From an uncultured delta proteobacterium (GTDB lineage Bacteria > Myxococcota > Myxococcia > Myxococcales > Anaeromyxobacteraceae), in NCBI GenBank assembly GCA_963814585.1, contig CAWFDF010000012.1, forward strand, positions 352,001-416,000: a DNA stretch of 64,000 nt, in the 5' to 3' direction. Each line of letters begins with the position of its first letter. The first letter of the stretch is position 1. A program made the position numbers and the translations under genes. Shown here in pieces: positions 1 through 8,842 of the stretch. The notes beneath the pieces were generated by a model. It had not been told where the DNA came from. It did no database searches and saw only the letters and a program-made list of their open reading frames with translations.

Positions 1-975
1 TCGGGACCGGCGACGGCGTGGCCATGGCGTGGCGGGCCGGAGCGGCCATCGCCAACATGGAGTTCTTCCAGTTCCACCCCACCGCGCTCTTCCACCCCCA
101 GGCCAAGAGCTTCCTCATCTCCGAGGCGCTGCGCGGCGAGGGCGGCATCCTGCGCAACGCCGCCGGCGAGGCCTTCATGGCCCGCTACGACCCGCGCAAG
201 GAGCTGGCCCCGCGCGACATCGTGGCCCGCTCCATCGACGCCGAGATCAAGCGGCGCGGCGACGACTGCGCCTTCCTCGACATGACGCACCTGCCCAAGG
301 CGTTCCTGCTCGAGCACTTCCCCTACATCCACGCCACCATCAAGGAGTTCGGCGTGGACATGACGGTGCAGCCCATCCCGGTGGTGCCGGCCGCCCACTA
401 CATGTGCGGCGGCGTGGTCACCGACCTCATGGGCCGCACCTCGCTGCCCGGGGCTCTTCGCCATCGGCGAGGTCTCCTGCACCGGCCTGCACGGCGCCAA
501 CCGGCTGGCCTCCAACTCGCTGCTGGAGGGGCTGGTCTTCGGGCGTCGCGCCGCCCTGCGTGCCACCGACGCCCTCTCCGACGCCGGCGGCCAGGCGCCG
601 GCCATCCCGGACTGGAACCCGGGCGACGCGCTGGAGCCCGACGAGGGCGTGGTGGTGGCGCACAACTGGGACGAGGTGCGCCGCACCATGTGGAACTACG
701 TGGGCATCGTCCGCACCCAGAAGCGGCTGGAGCGGGCCCGCACCCGCATCGCCAACCTGCGCGCCGAGATCCGCGACTACTACTGGAAGTACCAGGTGAC
801 CCCCGACCTGGTGGAGCTGCGCAACCTGGCCGACGTGGCCATGCTCATCGTCGAGTGCGCGCGCCGCCGCAAGGAGTCGCGCGGGCTGCACTACGTGCTC
901 GACTACCCCGCCACCGACGAGCGCCAGCGCCGCGACACGGTGATGACGCTGGGTGACGTCGAGGCGTCGCGCTGA
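1..975 (+). CDS. nadB: L-aspartate oxidase (5'-truncated by window; apparent +1 frameshift in G-run near 450)
   Basis: [35 protein letters not shown]; after the shift [22 protein letters not shown] and C-terminal RKESRGLHY ending at TGA 975. Confidence 0.93.
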
Positions 976-1006
976 CCGGCGGCCGGCCGCGCCGGACCTC
1001 CGGGCG

Positions 1007-1636
1007 TTACGGTGGGAGCCGCGGCGGGAGGGTCCGCTGGCCGGCCGGGCCGAAGTCGAGCACCAGCGCGCCGAGGCCGCTGCCGATGAGGAGCTTGAAC
1101 GGCCGCCCCTGGAGCGGCGCCCCGGTCCACGCGAAGCGCACCCGGTAGACCACGTCGAAGGGACCGACGTAGGGGAAGAGCTGCCGGACGGTGGCGTCGG
1201 TGTGGTAGGGCGTGATCTCCACGGCCGGTTCCCGGGCCTGGCCGTCGTCGAGCTCGAGGTGCCAGACGCTGCGGGGCGCGTCGAGATCGTTGGCGCGCCG
1301 ATCGGCGGTGTAGAGGGCGACCACGAACTCCTCGCCGCGGGCCCCGTCGGCCCGGCCCCTGGCCACCGCGCGCTCGGTCTCGGCCAGGTTCCTCGCCTCC
1401 CACTCGGCCTGCCGCCGCACCCCCGCCTCCCGCACCACGGGCGAGAGCCAGGTGGCCGAGGCGCTGGCCCGGTGGACGAAGCCGTCGTAGAGCTCGGCCC
1501 GTCGGGAGGCGTCGTCGCGCAGCCGGCCCCAGTCCCCGGAGTCGGTGCCCGGATCTGGGTTGCGCTGGAGCGGCACGCCGGAGGCGCACCCCCCGGCGAG
1601 CAGGGCCAGCGCGGCCACGGCGGCGAGGCGGATCAT
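1007..1636 (-). CDS. Hypothetical lipoprotein
   Basis: ATG 1636 overlaps pyrE stop; lipobox LLAGGC after hydrophobic signal MIRLAAVAALALL. Confidence 0.7.
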   Translation of the reverse strand: MIRLAAVAALALLAGGCASGVPLQRNPDPGTDSGDWGRLRDDASRRAELYDGFVHRASASATWLSPVVREAGVRRQAEWEARNLAETERAVARGRADGARGEEFVVALYTADRRANDLDAPRSVWHLELDDGQAREPAVEITPYHTDATVRQLFPYVGPFDVVYRVRFAWTGAPLQGRPFKLLIGSGLGALVLDFGPAGQRTLPPRLPP

Positions 1637-2193
1637 GGCAGGAAGTCCTTGCGGGTGAAGAGCGTCCGGAGCGGCACCCCGGTGGCCTCGATGGCCTCGC
1701 GGCCACCCTCCAGCCGGTCGACCAGCGCCAGGCAGGACACCACCTCGAGCCGCTCGGCGCGGCAGCGCTCGATGGCCTTGAGCGCCGAGCCCCCGGTGGT
1801 CACCACGTCCTCGATCACGATGACCCGGCTGCCGTCGGGGATGGTCTTCCGCCCCTCGATCCACTGGCCGGTGCCGTGCCCCTTCGGCTCCTTGCGGACG
1901 ATGAAGGCGTCGACCGGGTGGCCCTCGAGGAAGCTGGTGAGGGCGATGGCGCTGGCGATGGGGTCGGCGCCGAGCGTCAGCCCCCCCACGCCACGCACCA
2001 GCGGCTGCACGCGCAGCACCTCGGCCAGCAGGCAGCGGCCGACGAGGACGTGACCCTCGGCGGTGAGCGCGGTTCGCTTGCAGTCGATGTAGAAGTCGCT
2101 CTCCTTCCCGGAGGCGAGGATCACCTGGCGCCGCTCGAAGGAGAGCTGGCGGAGCAGCTCGAGCAGGCGGGCGCGGTCGGTCGGGATGCTCAT
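1633..2193 (-). CDS. pyrE: Orotate phosphoribosyltransferase
   Basis: LASGKESDFYIDCK, VRKEPKGHG, PRPP motif VIVIEDVVTTGGS. Confidence 0.96.
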   Translation of the reverse strand: MSIPTDRARLLELLRQLSFERRQVILASGKESDFYIDCKRTALTAEGHVLVGRCLLAEVLRVQPLVRGVGGLTLGADPIASAIALTSFLEGHPVDAFIVRKEPKGHGTGQWIEGRKTIPDGSRVIVIEDVVTTGGSALKAIERCRAERLEVVSCLALVDRLEGGREAIEATGVPLRTLFTRKDFLP

Positions 2194-2972
2194 CGGCGGG
2201 CTCCGGCGAGGAAGGCGTGCAGCTCGGCGAGGTAGCGGAGCTGCTCGAGGATCTGGCGGCGCCCATCTTCGGGCAGGTCGGACCAGGCGTCCACGGCGAG
2301 GTCGAGGTCCTGACCCACCGACCAGAGGCCGCTGGCCACCGCCTCGGCCAGCTGCTCCCCGGTGACCTCCTCGGGCCCCTCGTCGGCGGCGGCGGCGCCG
2401 GCCGCGTCCTGCGCGGAGGCGTCGGGCGCCTCGGGCTGCGGCGCCGCTGCCGGCGCGCCCTGCAGGAAGCCGAGGAACCGCTCGCGCAGCTCCGGCGCCA
2501 CGGGGGCCCGGACCAGCGCCTCGTCCACCAGCTCCTCGGCCCACGGGGCCATGCGGCCGGCGGCCAGGCGGTCGCGCAGCGCGCCCAGCTCGGCGGGCGA
2601 GAGCGGCTCGCCCAGCAGCGCCTGCGCCAGCGCCATCGACCAGGCGTCGTCGTCGTCGAGCACGGCGTGGACGCGGGCCAGCACGCGGCCGCGGGCCAGC
2701 AGCCTGACGGCCGCCAGCCGGCGGAAGCCGGCCACCACCTGGTAGCGGGGGCCGCTGGCCTCGGCCGGGCCGGAGCCCGGCGCGCCGGCCGGGAGCGGAC
2801 GGAGCTCGACCGGGCTGAGCTGGCCGAGCCGGGCCATCGAGCCGGCCAGCGCCGAGACGTCCCCCTCCGCCCTCAGGCGGAAGGTGGCGTCGGCGGAGAG
2901 GGCCGAGAGCGGGACGAGCTCGACGACGCCCGTGGCGTGCGCCGGTGCCGTGGTGCGCGCGACGAGCTCCAC
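2190..2972 (-). CDS. padC: ParB/Srx-domain protein, PadC-like
   Basis: ParB N-terminal signature LAGSMARLGQLSPV...YQVVAGFRRLAA; directly downstream of bactofilin genes as in the M. xanthus bacNOP-padC locus. Confidence 0.7.
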   Translation of the reverse strand: MELVARTTAPAHATGVVELVPLSALSADATFRLRAEGDVSALAGSMARLGQLSPVELRPLPAGAPGSGPAEASGPRYQVVAGFRRLAAVRLLARGRVLARVHAVLDDDDAWSMALAQALLGEPLSPAELGALRDRLAAGRMAPWAEELVDEALVRAPVAPELRERFLGFLQGAPAAAPQPEAPDASAQDAAGAAAADEGPEEVTGEQLAEAVASGLWSVGQDLDLAVDAWSDLPEDGRRQILEQLRYLAELHAFLAGARR

Positions 2973-2984
2973 CGCGCTCCGATC

Positions 2985-3530
2985 CTACCTCTTGGTCTTG
3001 ACGAGGACCTTGCGCTTGACCGCGCCCATGGCCACCGGGGCCGGCGGGCCCGAGGGGCGGGCCGTCTGGGGGGCGGGGGCCTCGGCCTTCTTCGCCTCGC
3101 CGCGCTGCGGGGCGCGGGCCGGGGCCGACGGACGGAGGGCGGGGCGGGCCGGGGCGGCGCTGCGGGCCGGAGCCCCCTGCACCCGCCGCTCGCCACCGAC
3201 GTCCACCTCGCCCATGTCGATGCGGCCGCGGAAGCTGGCGCCGTCGACGATGATCACCCGGGGCGCGGCGATGTCGCCGACCATCCGCCCCTCCTTGGTG
3301 ATCTCCACGGACTCGGTGGCGGTGACGTTCCCGACCACGATGCCGGCGATGATGCAGTTCTTGACCTGCACCTCCGCCTTGACCATGCCGGTGGGCTCGA
3401 CGACCAGGGTGCGGGTCAGGGTCAGCGTCCCCTCGACCCGGCCGCGGACCGTGAGGTCCTCGTCGCCCGCCAGGCTGCCGCTGATGAGGATCGACTCGCC
3501 GATGATGGTGGTGCCGTCAGTGGTGGCCAT
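2985..3530 (-). CDS. Bactofilin with Pro/Ala/Lys-rich C-terminal tail (BacP-like)
   Basis: TIIGESILISGSL...DLTVRGRVEG...GDIAAPRVIIVDGASFRGRIDM bactofilin domain plus disordered tail. Confidence 0.9.
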   Translation of the reverse strand: MATTDGTTIIGESILISGSLAGDEDLTVRGRVEGTLTLTRTLVVEPTGMVKAEVQVKNCIIAGIVVGNVTATESVEITKEGRMVGDIAAPRVIIVDGASFRGRIDMGEVDVGGERRVQGAPARSAAPARPALRPSAPARAPQRGEAKKAEAPAPQTARPSGPPAPVAMGAVKRKVLVKTKR

Positions 3531-3533
3531 GGC

Positions 3534-3902
3534 TCACTTCCCCTTCGCTTCCTTGACGTCCATGTCCACGTTGCCCTTGAAGACCGCGCCGTCGGCGATG
3601 AGGATGCGCGGCGAGCGGATGTCCCCCACCACCTTGCAGTCGGCCTTGAGCTCGACCTTGTCGCTGGCGGCGATGTTCCCGGTCACCTGCCCCGACACCT
3701 CCACGTTGGCCGTCTCGATGTCCGCCTCGATCACCCCCGAGGACTCGACGTAGAGGCTCTCCTTCAAGGAGATGCGCCCCTTCACCGTGCCCTGGATGAC
3801 CAGGTCCTCGTCACCCGAGATCTCGCCGTCGATGACGATCGAGCTCCCGATGACGGTGTGCGCGCCGCTGCGGGGCGCGCTCGCCTTTTCGATGCCTGCC
3901 AT
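3534..3902 (-). CDS. Bactofilin (BacN/BacO-like)
   Basis: TVIGSSIVIDGEISGDEDLVIQGTVKG...GDIRSPRILIADGAVFKGNVDM. Confidence 0.92.
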   Translation of the reverse strand: MAGIEKASAPRSGAHTVIGSSIVIDGEISGDEDLVIQGTVKGRISLKESLYVESSGVIEADIETANVEVSGQVTGNIAASDKVELKADCKVVGDIRSPRILIADGAVFKGNVDMDVKEAKGK

Positions 3903-4022
3903 GACCTTGGACTCCTCCAGAACGGCTGGGACCCGGTGGCGAGGGCGCGACACGCGCCGTGGGATCGCCAGACCCGGGGGAACCTTCCGAGGATACGGGG
4001 GCGATCGGCGCGGCGTCAACGC

Positions 4023-4889
4023 CTATCGCCGGGCGCGCGCCGAGATCCACGCCACCACGTCGCCGAGCGGCCGCTCGCGCTCGCGCTCGCTGAACAGCTC
4101 GTGACGGAAGCCCTCGTAGATCACCAGCTCCTTGTCCCTGGCGCCGGCCGACTCGAAGAAGTCGCGGCTCGCGCCCGGGTCGGCGATCCGGTCGTCGCCG
4201 CCGGCCAGCAGGAGCAGCGGGGCGGTGAAGCGGTGGGCCGCGGCCAGCACCTCGCGCTGCGCGGCGGCCGAGGCGGTGACCCAGCGCGCCGTGGTGGTGG
4301 TGCCGCGGAGCGGATCGCGATCGATCCAGGCCTGCAGCTCCGGGTCGGAGGTGAGCGCGGCGGCCTCCACCCGCGCGGCCAGCGCGAAGCGGGGGACGGC
4401 GGCCCCCAGCAGCCTGGCCTTCCACCGGTCCCGCGGCGGCGAGTCGGGTCCGAAGCCGAACAGCGGCGAGGCGAGGACGAAGCCGTCCGCCTGGCCCGGG
4501 TGGTCGAGCCCCCACCGCGCCGCGATCAGCGCCCCGGCCCCCTGCCCCACCACGAAGAACGGGCCGTGGGGGCCGGCCTGCTGCGCCTGCAGGAAGGCCT
4601 GGGCGTCGGCGACGTAGTCGGCGAAGGCGTCGATCGACCAGCGCCGCCCGTCCGACTGGCCGTGGCCGCGGAGGTCGACCAGGGCCACCGTGAAGCCGGC
4701 CCGGACCAGGGCGCCCGCCAGCGCCGGGTAGCGGCCCGAGTGATCGCCGCCGCCGTGGAGCACCGCGACGGTCCCCCGCGGCGCGGCCGGGCGGTAGCTC
4801 CGCCAGTAGAGCCGGGTGTGGTCGCCGGAGTGGAGGAACCCCTCGTCGTGGGTGGCCGCGGGGGCCTCCGAGAAGGGCGGGACGCTCAT
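4023..4889 (-). CDS. Alpha/beta hydrolase, lysophospholipase (AgmH-like) family; nucleophile motif altered
   Basis: HGGGDHSGRY, DLRGHGQS, GGDDRIAD, YEGFRHELFSE; elbow reads GQGAG. Confidence 0.85.
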   Translation of the reverse strand: MSVPPFSEAPAATHDEGFLHSGDHTRLYWRSYRPAAPRGTVAVLHGGGDHSGRYPALAGALVRAGFTVALVDLRGHGQSDGRRWSIDAFADYVADAQAFLQAQQAGPHGPFFVVGQGAGALIAARWGLDHPGQADGFVLASPLFGFGPDSPPRDRWKARLLGAAVPRFALAARVEAAALTSDPELQAWIDRDPLRGTTTTARWVTASAAAQREVLAAAHRFTAPLLLLAGGDDRIADPGASRDFFESAGARDKELVIYEGFRHELFSERERERPLGDVVAWISARARR

Positions 4890-4981
4890 GCTGGCTGGAA
4901 CCTAGGAGCGGACCGCGGGGGCGTCAACCGCGCGTCCACGGGCGCTTGGGGGGGGCCCTCGCCCGTGCTAGATCCCAGGCC

Positions 4982-5794
4982 ATGGCTCCGCCCAACTTCC
5001 TGGTCGCCGCGGCCCAGATGACCTCCAGCGCCGACCGCGCCCGGAACCTGGAGACCGCCGTCCGGCTCATCGAGGAGGCGGCCGACCTCGGCGCCCGGCT
5101 GGTCGGGCTCCCGGAGAACTTCTCCTACATGGGCCCGCAGGAGGGGCTGCTCGAGGGGGCGGAGACGCTGGAGGGCCCGACGCTGGGCGTGATCCGCGAG
5201 GTGGCCCGCCGGCGGGCGGTCTATGTCATCGCCGGCTCGATCGCCGAGAAGGTCCAGGACCCGAGGAAGACCGCCAACACCAGCGCCCTCATCGCCGACG
5301 ACGGCTCGCTGGTGGCCGCCTACCGGAAGATCCACCTCTTCGACGTCAGCATCCCCGACGGCGCCCGCTACGCCGAGTCGGAGGTGGTGGCGGCCGGCGA
5401 CCAGGCCATCATCGCCCCCACCCCGCTGGGCCGGATCGGCCTGACCATCTGCTACGACCTGCGCTTCCCGGAGCTCTACCGGAAGCTGGCCGGCTTCGGC
5501 GCCGCCATCCTCTCCATCCCGGCGGCCTTCACGCTCTTCACCGGCAAGGATCACTGGGAGGTGCTGCTGCGGGCGCGCGCCATCGAGAACCTGGCCTACG
5601 TGCTGGCGCCGGCGCAGGTGGGGAGCCACTCGGCCAAGCGCCAGACGTTCGGCAACGCCATGGTGGTCGACCCGTGGGGGGTGGTGCTGGCCCGCTGCCC
5701 CGACGGCGAGGGGATCTGCGTGGCGCCCTTCAGCCGGACGCGGCTGGAGCGGGTGCGCCAGGAGCTGCCGGCGCTCAAGCACCGGAAGCTGTGA
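4982..5794 (+). CDS. Carbon-nitrogen hydrolase (Nit1/deaminated glutathione amidase-like)
   Basis: LPENF, YRKIHLFD, ICYDLRFPE, RARAIEN triad motifs. Confidence 0.93.
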   Translation: MAPPNFLVAAAQMTSSADRARNLETAVRLIEEAADLGARLVGLPENFSYMGPQEGLLEGAETLEGPTLGVIREVARRRAVYVIAGSIAEKVQDPRKTANTSALIADDGSLVAAYRKIHLFDVSIPDGARYAESEVVAAGDQAIIAPTPLGRIGLTICYDLRFPELYRKLAGFGAAILSIPAAFTLFTGKDHWEVLLRARAIENLAYVLAPAQVGSHSAKRQTFGNAMVVDPWGVVLARCPDGEGICVAPFSRTRLERVRQELPALKHRKL

Positions 5795-5809
5795 GCCCGC
5801 GGCGGCGTC

Positions 5810-6520
5810 CTAGAAGGAGAACATCAGCCCGAAGGTCATGAGGACCCCGTCGTTGGAGAGGTCCCAGCTCGACGACGAGTCGAAGTCGCTGATCTTGGCC
5901 TGCTGGGCCTCGAACACCAGCATGGTGTGCTTGATGCCGGAGTCGCGCTCCAGCTCCCGCGAGAGCGTCGGGTCGATGAAGTCGAGCACCAGCCCCAGGC
6001 CGCCGCCCCAGCCCCAGCCGTTGGTGCCCCCGGACTTGTCGGTCCGGCCGCTCGAGCCGGTCGCCCACCACTGGTCGCGCAGGAGCGCCACGCGAGCGAA
6101 GGGGATGACCGGGATGCCGACCCGCTCCCAGACCTGGTCGACGCGGTAGGTGAGGTCGAGCGAGAGCGGCATGATCCTCAGGCCGGTCGGGTCCTGGCTC
6201 ACGGTGCCGTCGGCGAAGCGCCCGTGGCCCTTGAACTGGACCCAGCCGATCCCCCCGCCCACCTCCAAGGTGCCGTAGCCGCTGATCAGCGCCTTGCCGC
6301 CGCGGAACTTGAACATCCAGCGCTTCGAGGTGCCGAAGCTGCTCTCGAAGGGGGCGAGCGAGCCGGCTGGCATGGCGAACTCGGAGTCGATCATGGGCCG
6401 GTACTGGCCGGCCTGGAACTCGAAGGAGCCGATGCCGGCCTCCCGCTCCGCGGCCCGGGCCACGTCCGGGACGCCGGCGAGGGTGAGCAGCGCCGCTGCG
6501 GCGAGGAGCGCGCGGCTCAT
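5810..6520 (-). CDS. Outer-membrane beta-barrel protein (MXAN_2562-like)
   Basis: Signal peptide, amphipathic strands, C-terminal Phe (FGLMFSF); paired with MYXO-CTERM-type gene. Confidence 0.7.
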   Translation of the reverse strand: MSRALLAAAALLTLAGVPDVARAAEREAGIGSFEFQAGQYRPMIDSEFAMPAGSLAPFESSFGTSKRWMFKFRGGKALISGYGTLEVGGGIGWVQFKGHGRFADGTVSQDPTGLRIMPLSLDLTYRVDQVWERVGIPVIPFARVALLRDQWWATGSSGRTDKSGGTNGWGWGGGLGLVLDFIDPTLSRELERDSGIKHTMLVFEAQQAKISDFDSSSSWDLSNDGVLMTFGLMFSF

Positions 6521-7371
6521 GACCGCCTCCGCAGCCCGCGCAGCGCCAGCGCCACGCCCAGCAGGGACAGCACGCCGGCCGGCCCGCCGGCGCAGCCGCC
6601 CTGCTCGCGCCCGCCGTCCTCCTGGTACTGGTCCCAGAAGCTCGAGACCGGCTCCGGCGTGCCGTAGGCCGGAAGCGAGGCCGCGGACGGCGAGGAGCCG
6701 GCCGCGAGGGCCTTGACGGTGACCTGGTACTCGACCCCGTTGACCAGGCCGGAGACCTTGTTGTTGGTCCTGCCGGTGAAGCTCTGGATGCGGGTGGGGG
6801 TCACGTCGGGAACGGGGTAGGTCTCGGCCGTCACCTCGTAGGTGGCCGCCGCCACGCCGTTGCTCGGGCCGTCCACCCAGCTGACGTAGAGCGCGGAGTC
6901 GCCCGGCGCGGCGGTCACGCCCTCCGGCACCGGCGGTGGCTTCAGGTTCAGCGGGGCACTGCCGGTCGCGGTGGCCCGGAAGACCGTCCCGTTGACGTCG
7001 ACGTGCTGGACGCAGACGTAGATGATGCTGTCCGCTGCGGTCGCCAGGCAGCTGGCGGTCGACGCGGTGATGAACTGGGCCCTGGTCAGCGTGCCGAGGG
7101 TCTGGGTCGGCAGGGTGGCATCCAGGGTCTCGACCAGGGTCCCCGTCGCCGCGGCCGAGGCGGGGCAGGTCGAGGCGTTGTTGACGTAGACCTTGTACTT
7201 GTCACCCGTCACGATCAGGGCGGACGACGTCCAGGCGATGGTGACCAGGTCCGTGGTGTTGTTGCAGTCGGACGGGCCGAAGGCGGCCGGCACGATCAGC
7301 ACGTTTCCAGCGGTCTGGGCGAGCCCTGCGGCCGGGGTGAGCAGGGCGAGGAGGAGGAGCAGGCGGCGCAT
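6517..7371 (-). CDS. Secreted fibronectin-III protein with MYXO-CTERM-like anchor (MXAN_2561-like)
   Basis: Signal MRRLLLLLALL; FN3-like PGDSALYVSW...GLVNGVEYQVTV; C-terminal GGC-hydrophobic-RRRS. Confidence 0.75.
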   Translation of the reverse strand: MRRLLLLLALLTPAAGLAQTAGNVLIVPAAFGPSDCNNTTDLVTIAWTSSALIVTGDKYKVYVNNASTCPASAAATGTLVETLDATLPTQTLGTLTRAQFITASTASCLATAADSIIYVCVQHVDVNGTVFRATATGSAPLNLKPPPVPEGVTAAPGDSALYVSWVDGPSNGVAAATYEVTAETYPVPDVTPTRIQSFTGRTNNKVSGLVNGVEYQVTVKALAAGSSPSAASLPAYGTPEPVSSFWDQYQEDGGREQGGCAGGPAGVLSLLGVALALRGLRRRS

Positions 7372-7383
7372 GGCCCGGGATTG

Positions 7384-7399
7384 TGCAAGGCCGGCGCCA
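7384..7399 (-). promoter_or_regulatory. Putative sigma54 (-24/-12) promoter
   Basis: Minus strand TGGCGC-CGGCC-TTGCA matches TGGCAC-N5-TTGC spacing. Confidence 0.6.
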
Positions 7400-7471
7400 G
7401 CGAAGCAAGGTTCGAACCACCCGGCGGGACTCGGGTTTCCCTCGCCGCCCGCCGTCTCGGAGCCGGCCGGC

Positions 7472-7524
7472 TGCCATTCTGGCAAAGGAGCCGGGGAAAC
7501 CACCGGACCCCTGCCAAACTGTCA
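7472..7524. promoter_or_regulatory. Two putative enhancer-binding-protein sites TGCCA-N3-TG(G/T)CA
   Basis: TGCCATTCTGGCA (7472) and TGCCAAACTGTCA (7512), 40 bp apart, ~100-150 bp upstream of the sigma54 motif. Confidence 0.45.
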
Positions 7525-8559
7525 GCCCTCCCCGGCTCCCTTCCGACGGCGCTCCACCATCGCCAGCGCCACCTGCACCAGGTTGGTGGGGCCGCCCTTG
7601 CGCAGGTTGTCGACGGTGAGGAAGAGCGCCAGCCCGTTGGGCAGCGCGGCGTCGGCCCGCAGCCGCCCCACCAGCACGGCGTCGTCGTTCACGGTCAGCA
7701 TGGGCATCGGGTAGACGCCCTCGCCCGGCCGGTCGATCAGCTTCACCGCCAGGGCGTGCCGCAGCACCTCGCGGGCCGCCGCCACCTCGAGCGGCCGCTC
7801 GAAGCCGACGTGGACCGCCGCCGCGTGCCCGAAGAAGACCGGCACCTGCACCGCCGTGGCCGAGAGGGCCAGCCCGGGGAGGTCGAGCAGCTGCCGGAGC
7901 TCGCGCGCCAGGCTCGCCTCCCCCTCCGCCACGCCATCGGAGTCGACGTCGCCGATCTGCGGCACCAGGTTGAAGGCGATGCGGTGGCGGATCCGCCCCG
8001 GGTCGGGCGGCTCGCGGCCGTTCATCAGGTCGGCCGCCTCGCGCTGCAGCTGCTCGACGCCGCGGTGGCCGGCGCCGGAGACCGCCTGGTAGGTCGCGAC
8101 CACCACGCGCTCCAGGCCGGAGGCGGCGTGGAGGGGCCTGAGCGCCAGCGCCAGGGCGATGGCCACGGGGCCGGGGCTGGCCACCAGCGTGGCGCCGCCG
8201 TCGAGCGCGCCGCCGTTCACCTCGGGCACCACCAGCGGCACGCCGGGCTGGTGGCGGAAGGCGGAGGAGTCGTCGACCACCAGGCAGCCGGCGGCGCGCG
8301 CCCGGGGCGCCCACTCGCGGCTGGCCTCGGCCCCGGCGGCGAGGATGGCCACGTCGCAGCCGGTGAAGGCCTCGGCGGTCGGCACCTCCACCTTGAAGGT
8401 GCCGCCGCGGAAGTCGATCTCCTGCCCGGCCGAGCGGGCGGTGGCCAGGAGCCGCACCCGGCCCACCGGGACGTCGAGGTCCTCGATGACCTCCAGGACG
8501 GCGCGTCCGACGGCGCCGGTGGCGCCGAGCAAGGTGATGGAGATGGGGCGTGGGTCCAT
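7522..8559 (-). CDS. Aspartate-semialdehyde dehydrogenase-like protein (Usg-type, catalytic Cys absent)
   Basis: GATGAVG, DDSSAFR, VPLVVPEVN, YQAVSGAG, VDNLRKG; SPGPV in place of NPNCS. Confidence 0.85.
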   Translation of the reverse strand: MDPRPISITLLGATGAVGRAVLEVIEDLDVPVGRVRLLATARSAGQEIDFRGGTFKVEVPTAEAFTGCDVAILAAGAEASREWAPRARAAGCLVVDDSSAFRHQPGVPLVVPEVNGGALDGGATLVASPGPVAIALALALRPLHAASGLERVVVATYQAVSGAGHRGVEQLQREAADLMNGREPPDPGRIRHRIAFNLVPQIGDVDSDGVAEGEASLARELRQLLDLPGLALSATAVQVPVFFGHAAAVHVGFERPLEVAAAREVLRHALAVKLIDRPGEGVYPMPMLTVNDDAVLVGRLRADAALPNGLALFLTVDNLRKGGPTNLVQVALAMVERRRKGAGEG

Positions 8560-8842
8560 GGGGTCGGAAGATACCGCACCCGCCGCTCCGGGACAGCCGC
8601 TCCGGGACCGCCGCTCCGGAGAGCCGCTGGGCCGAGCGCCGGGACGTCCGCCGTGACCGGGGCGAGCTCGTCGCGCCTCCGGCGCGCCCTCTGGCGGCGG
8701 CAGCTGCGAGTGGCCGCGCCGAGGCGGACGATCCTGGGGCTGCGAGGCTCGGCCCCGGGCACGGCGGACGCCGGCGGCCCGTCGCTCGAGGTCCGCGTCC
8801 CGTCGCCGTAGGACGCGATCTGCGCCCGGACCGGCTTCGAGG

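Noticed and set aside
440..460. nadB, dxr, wcaJ-like and lysA-like genes as pseudogenes or programmed frameshifts
   Set aside because: Single-base indels, some in G/C runs, with conserved protein on both sides and including essential genes: typical long-read errors; no slippery site or stimulator noticed
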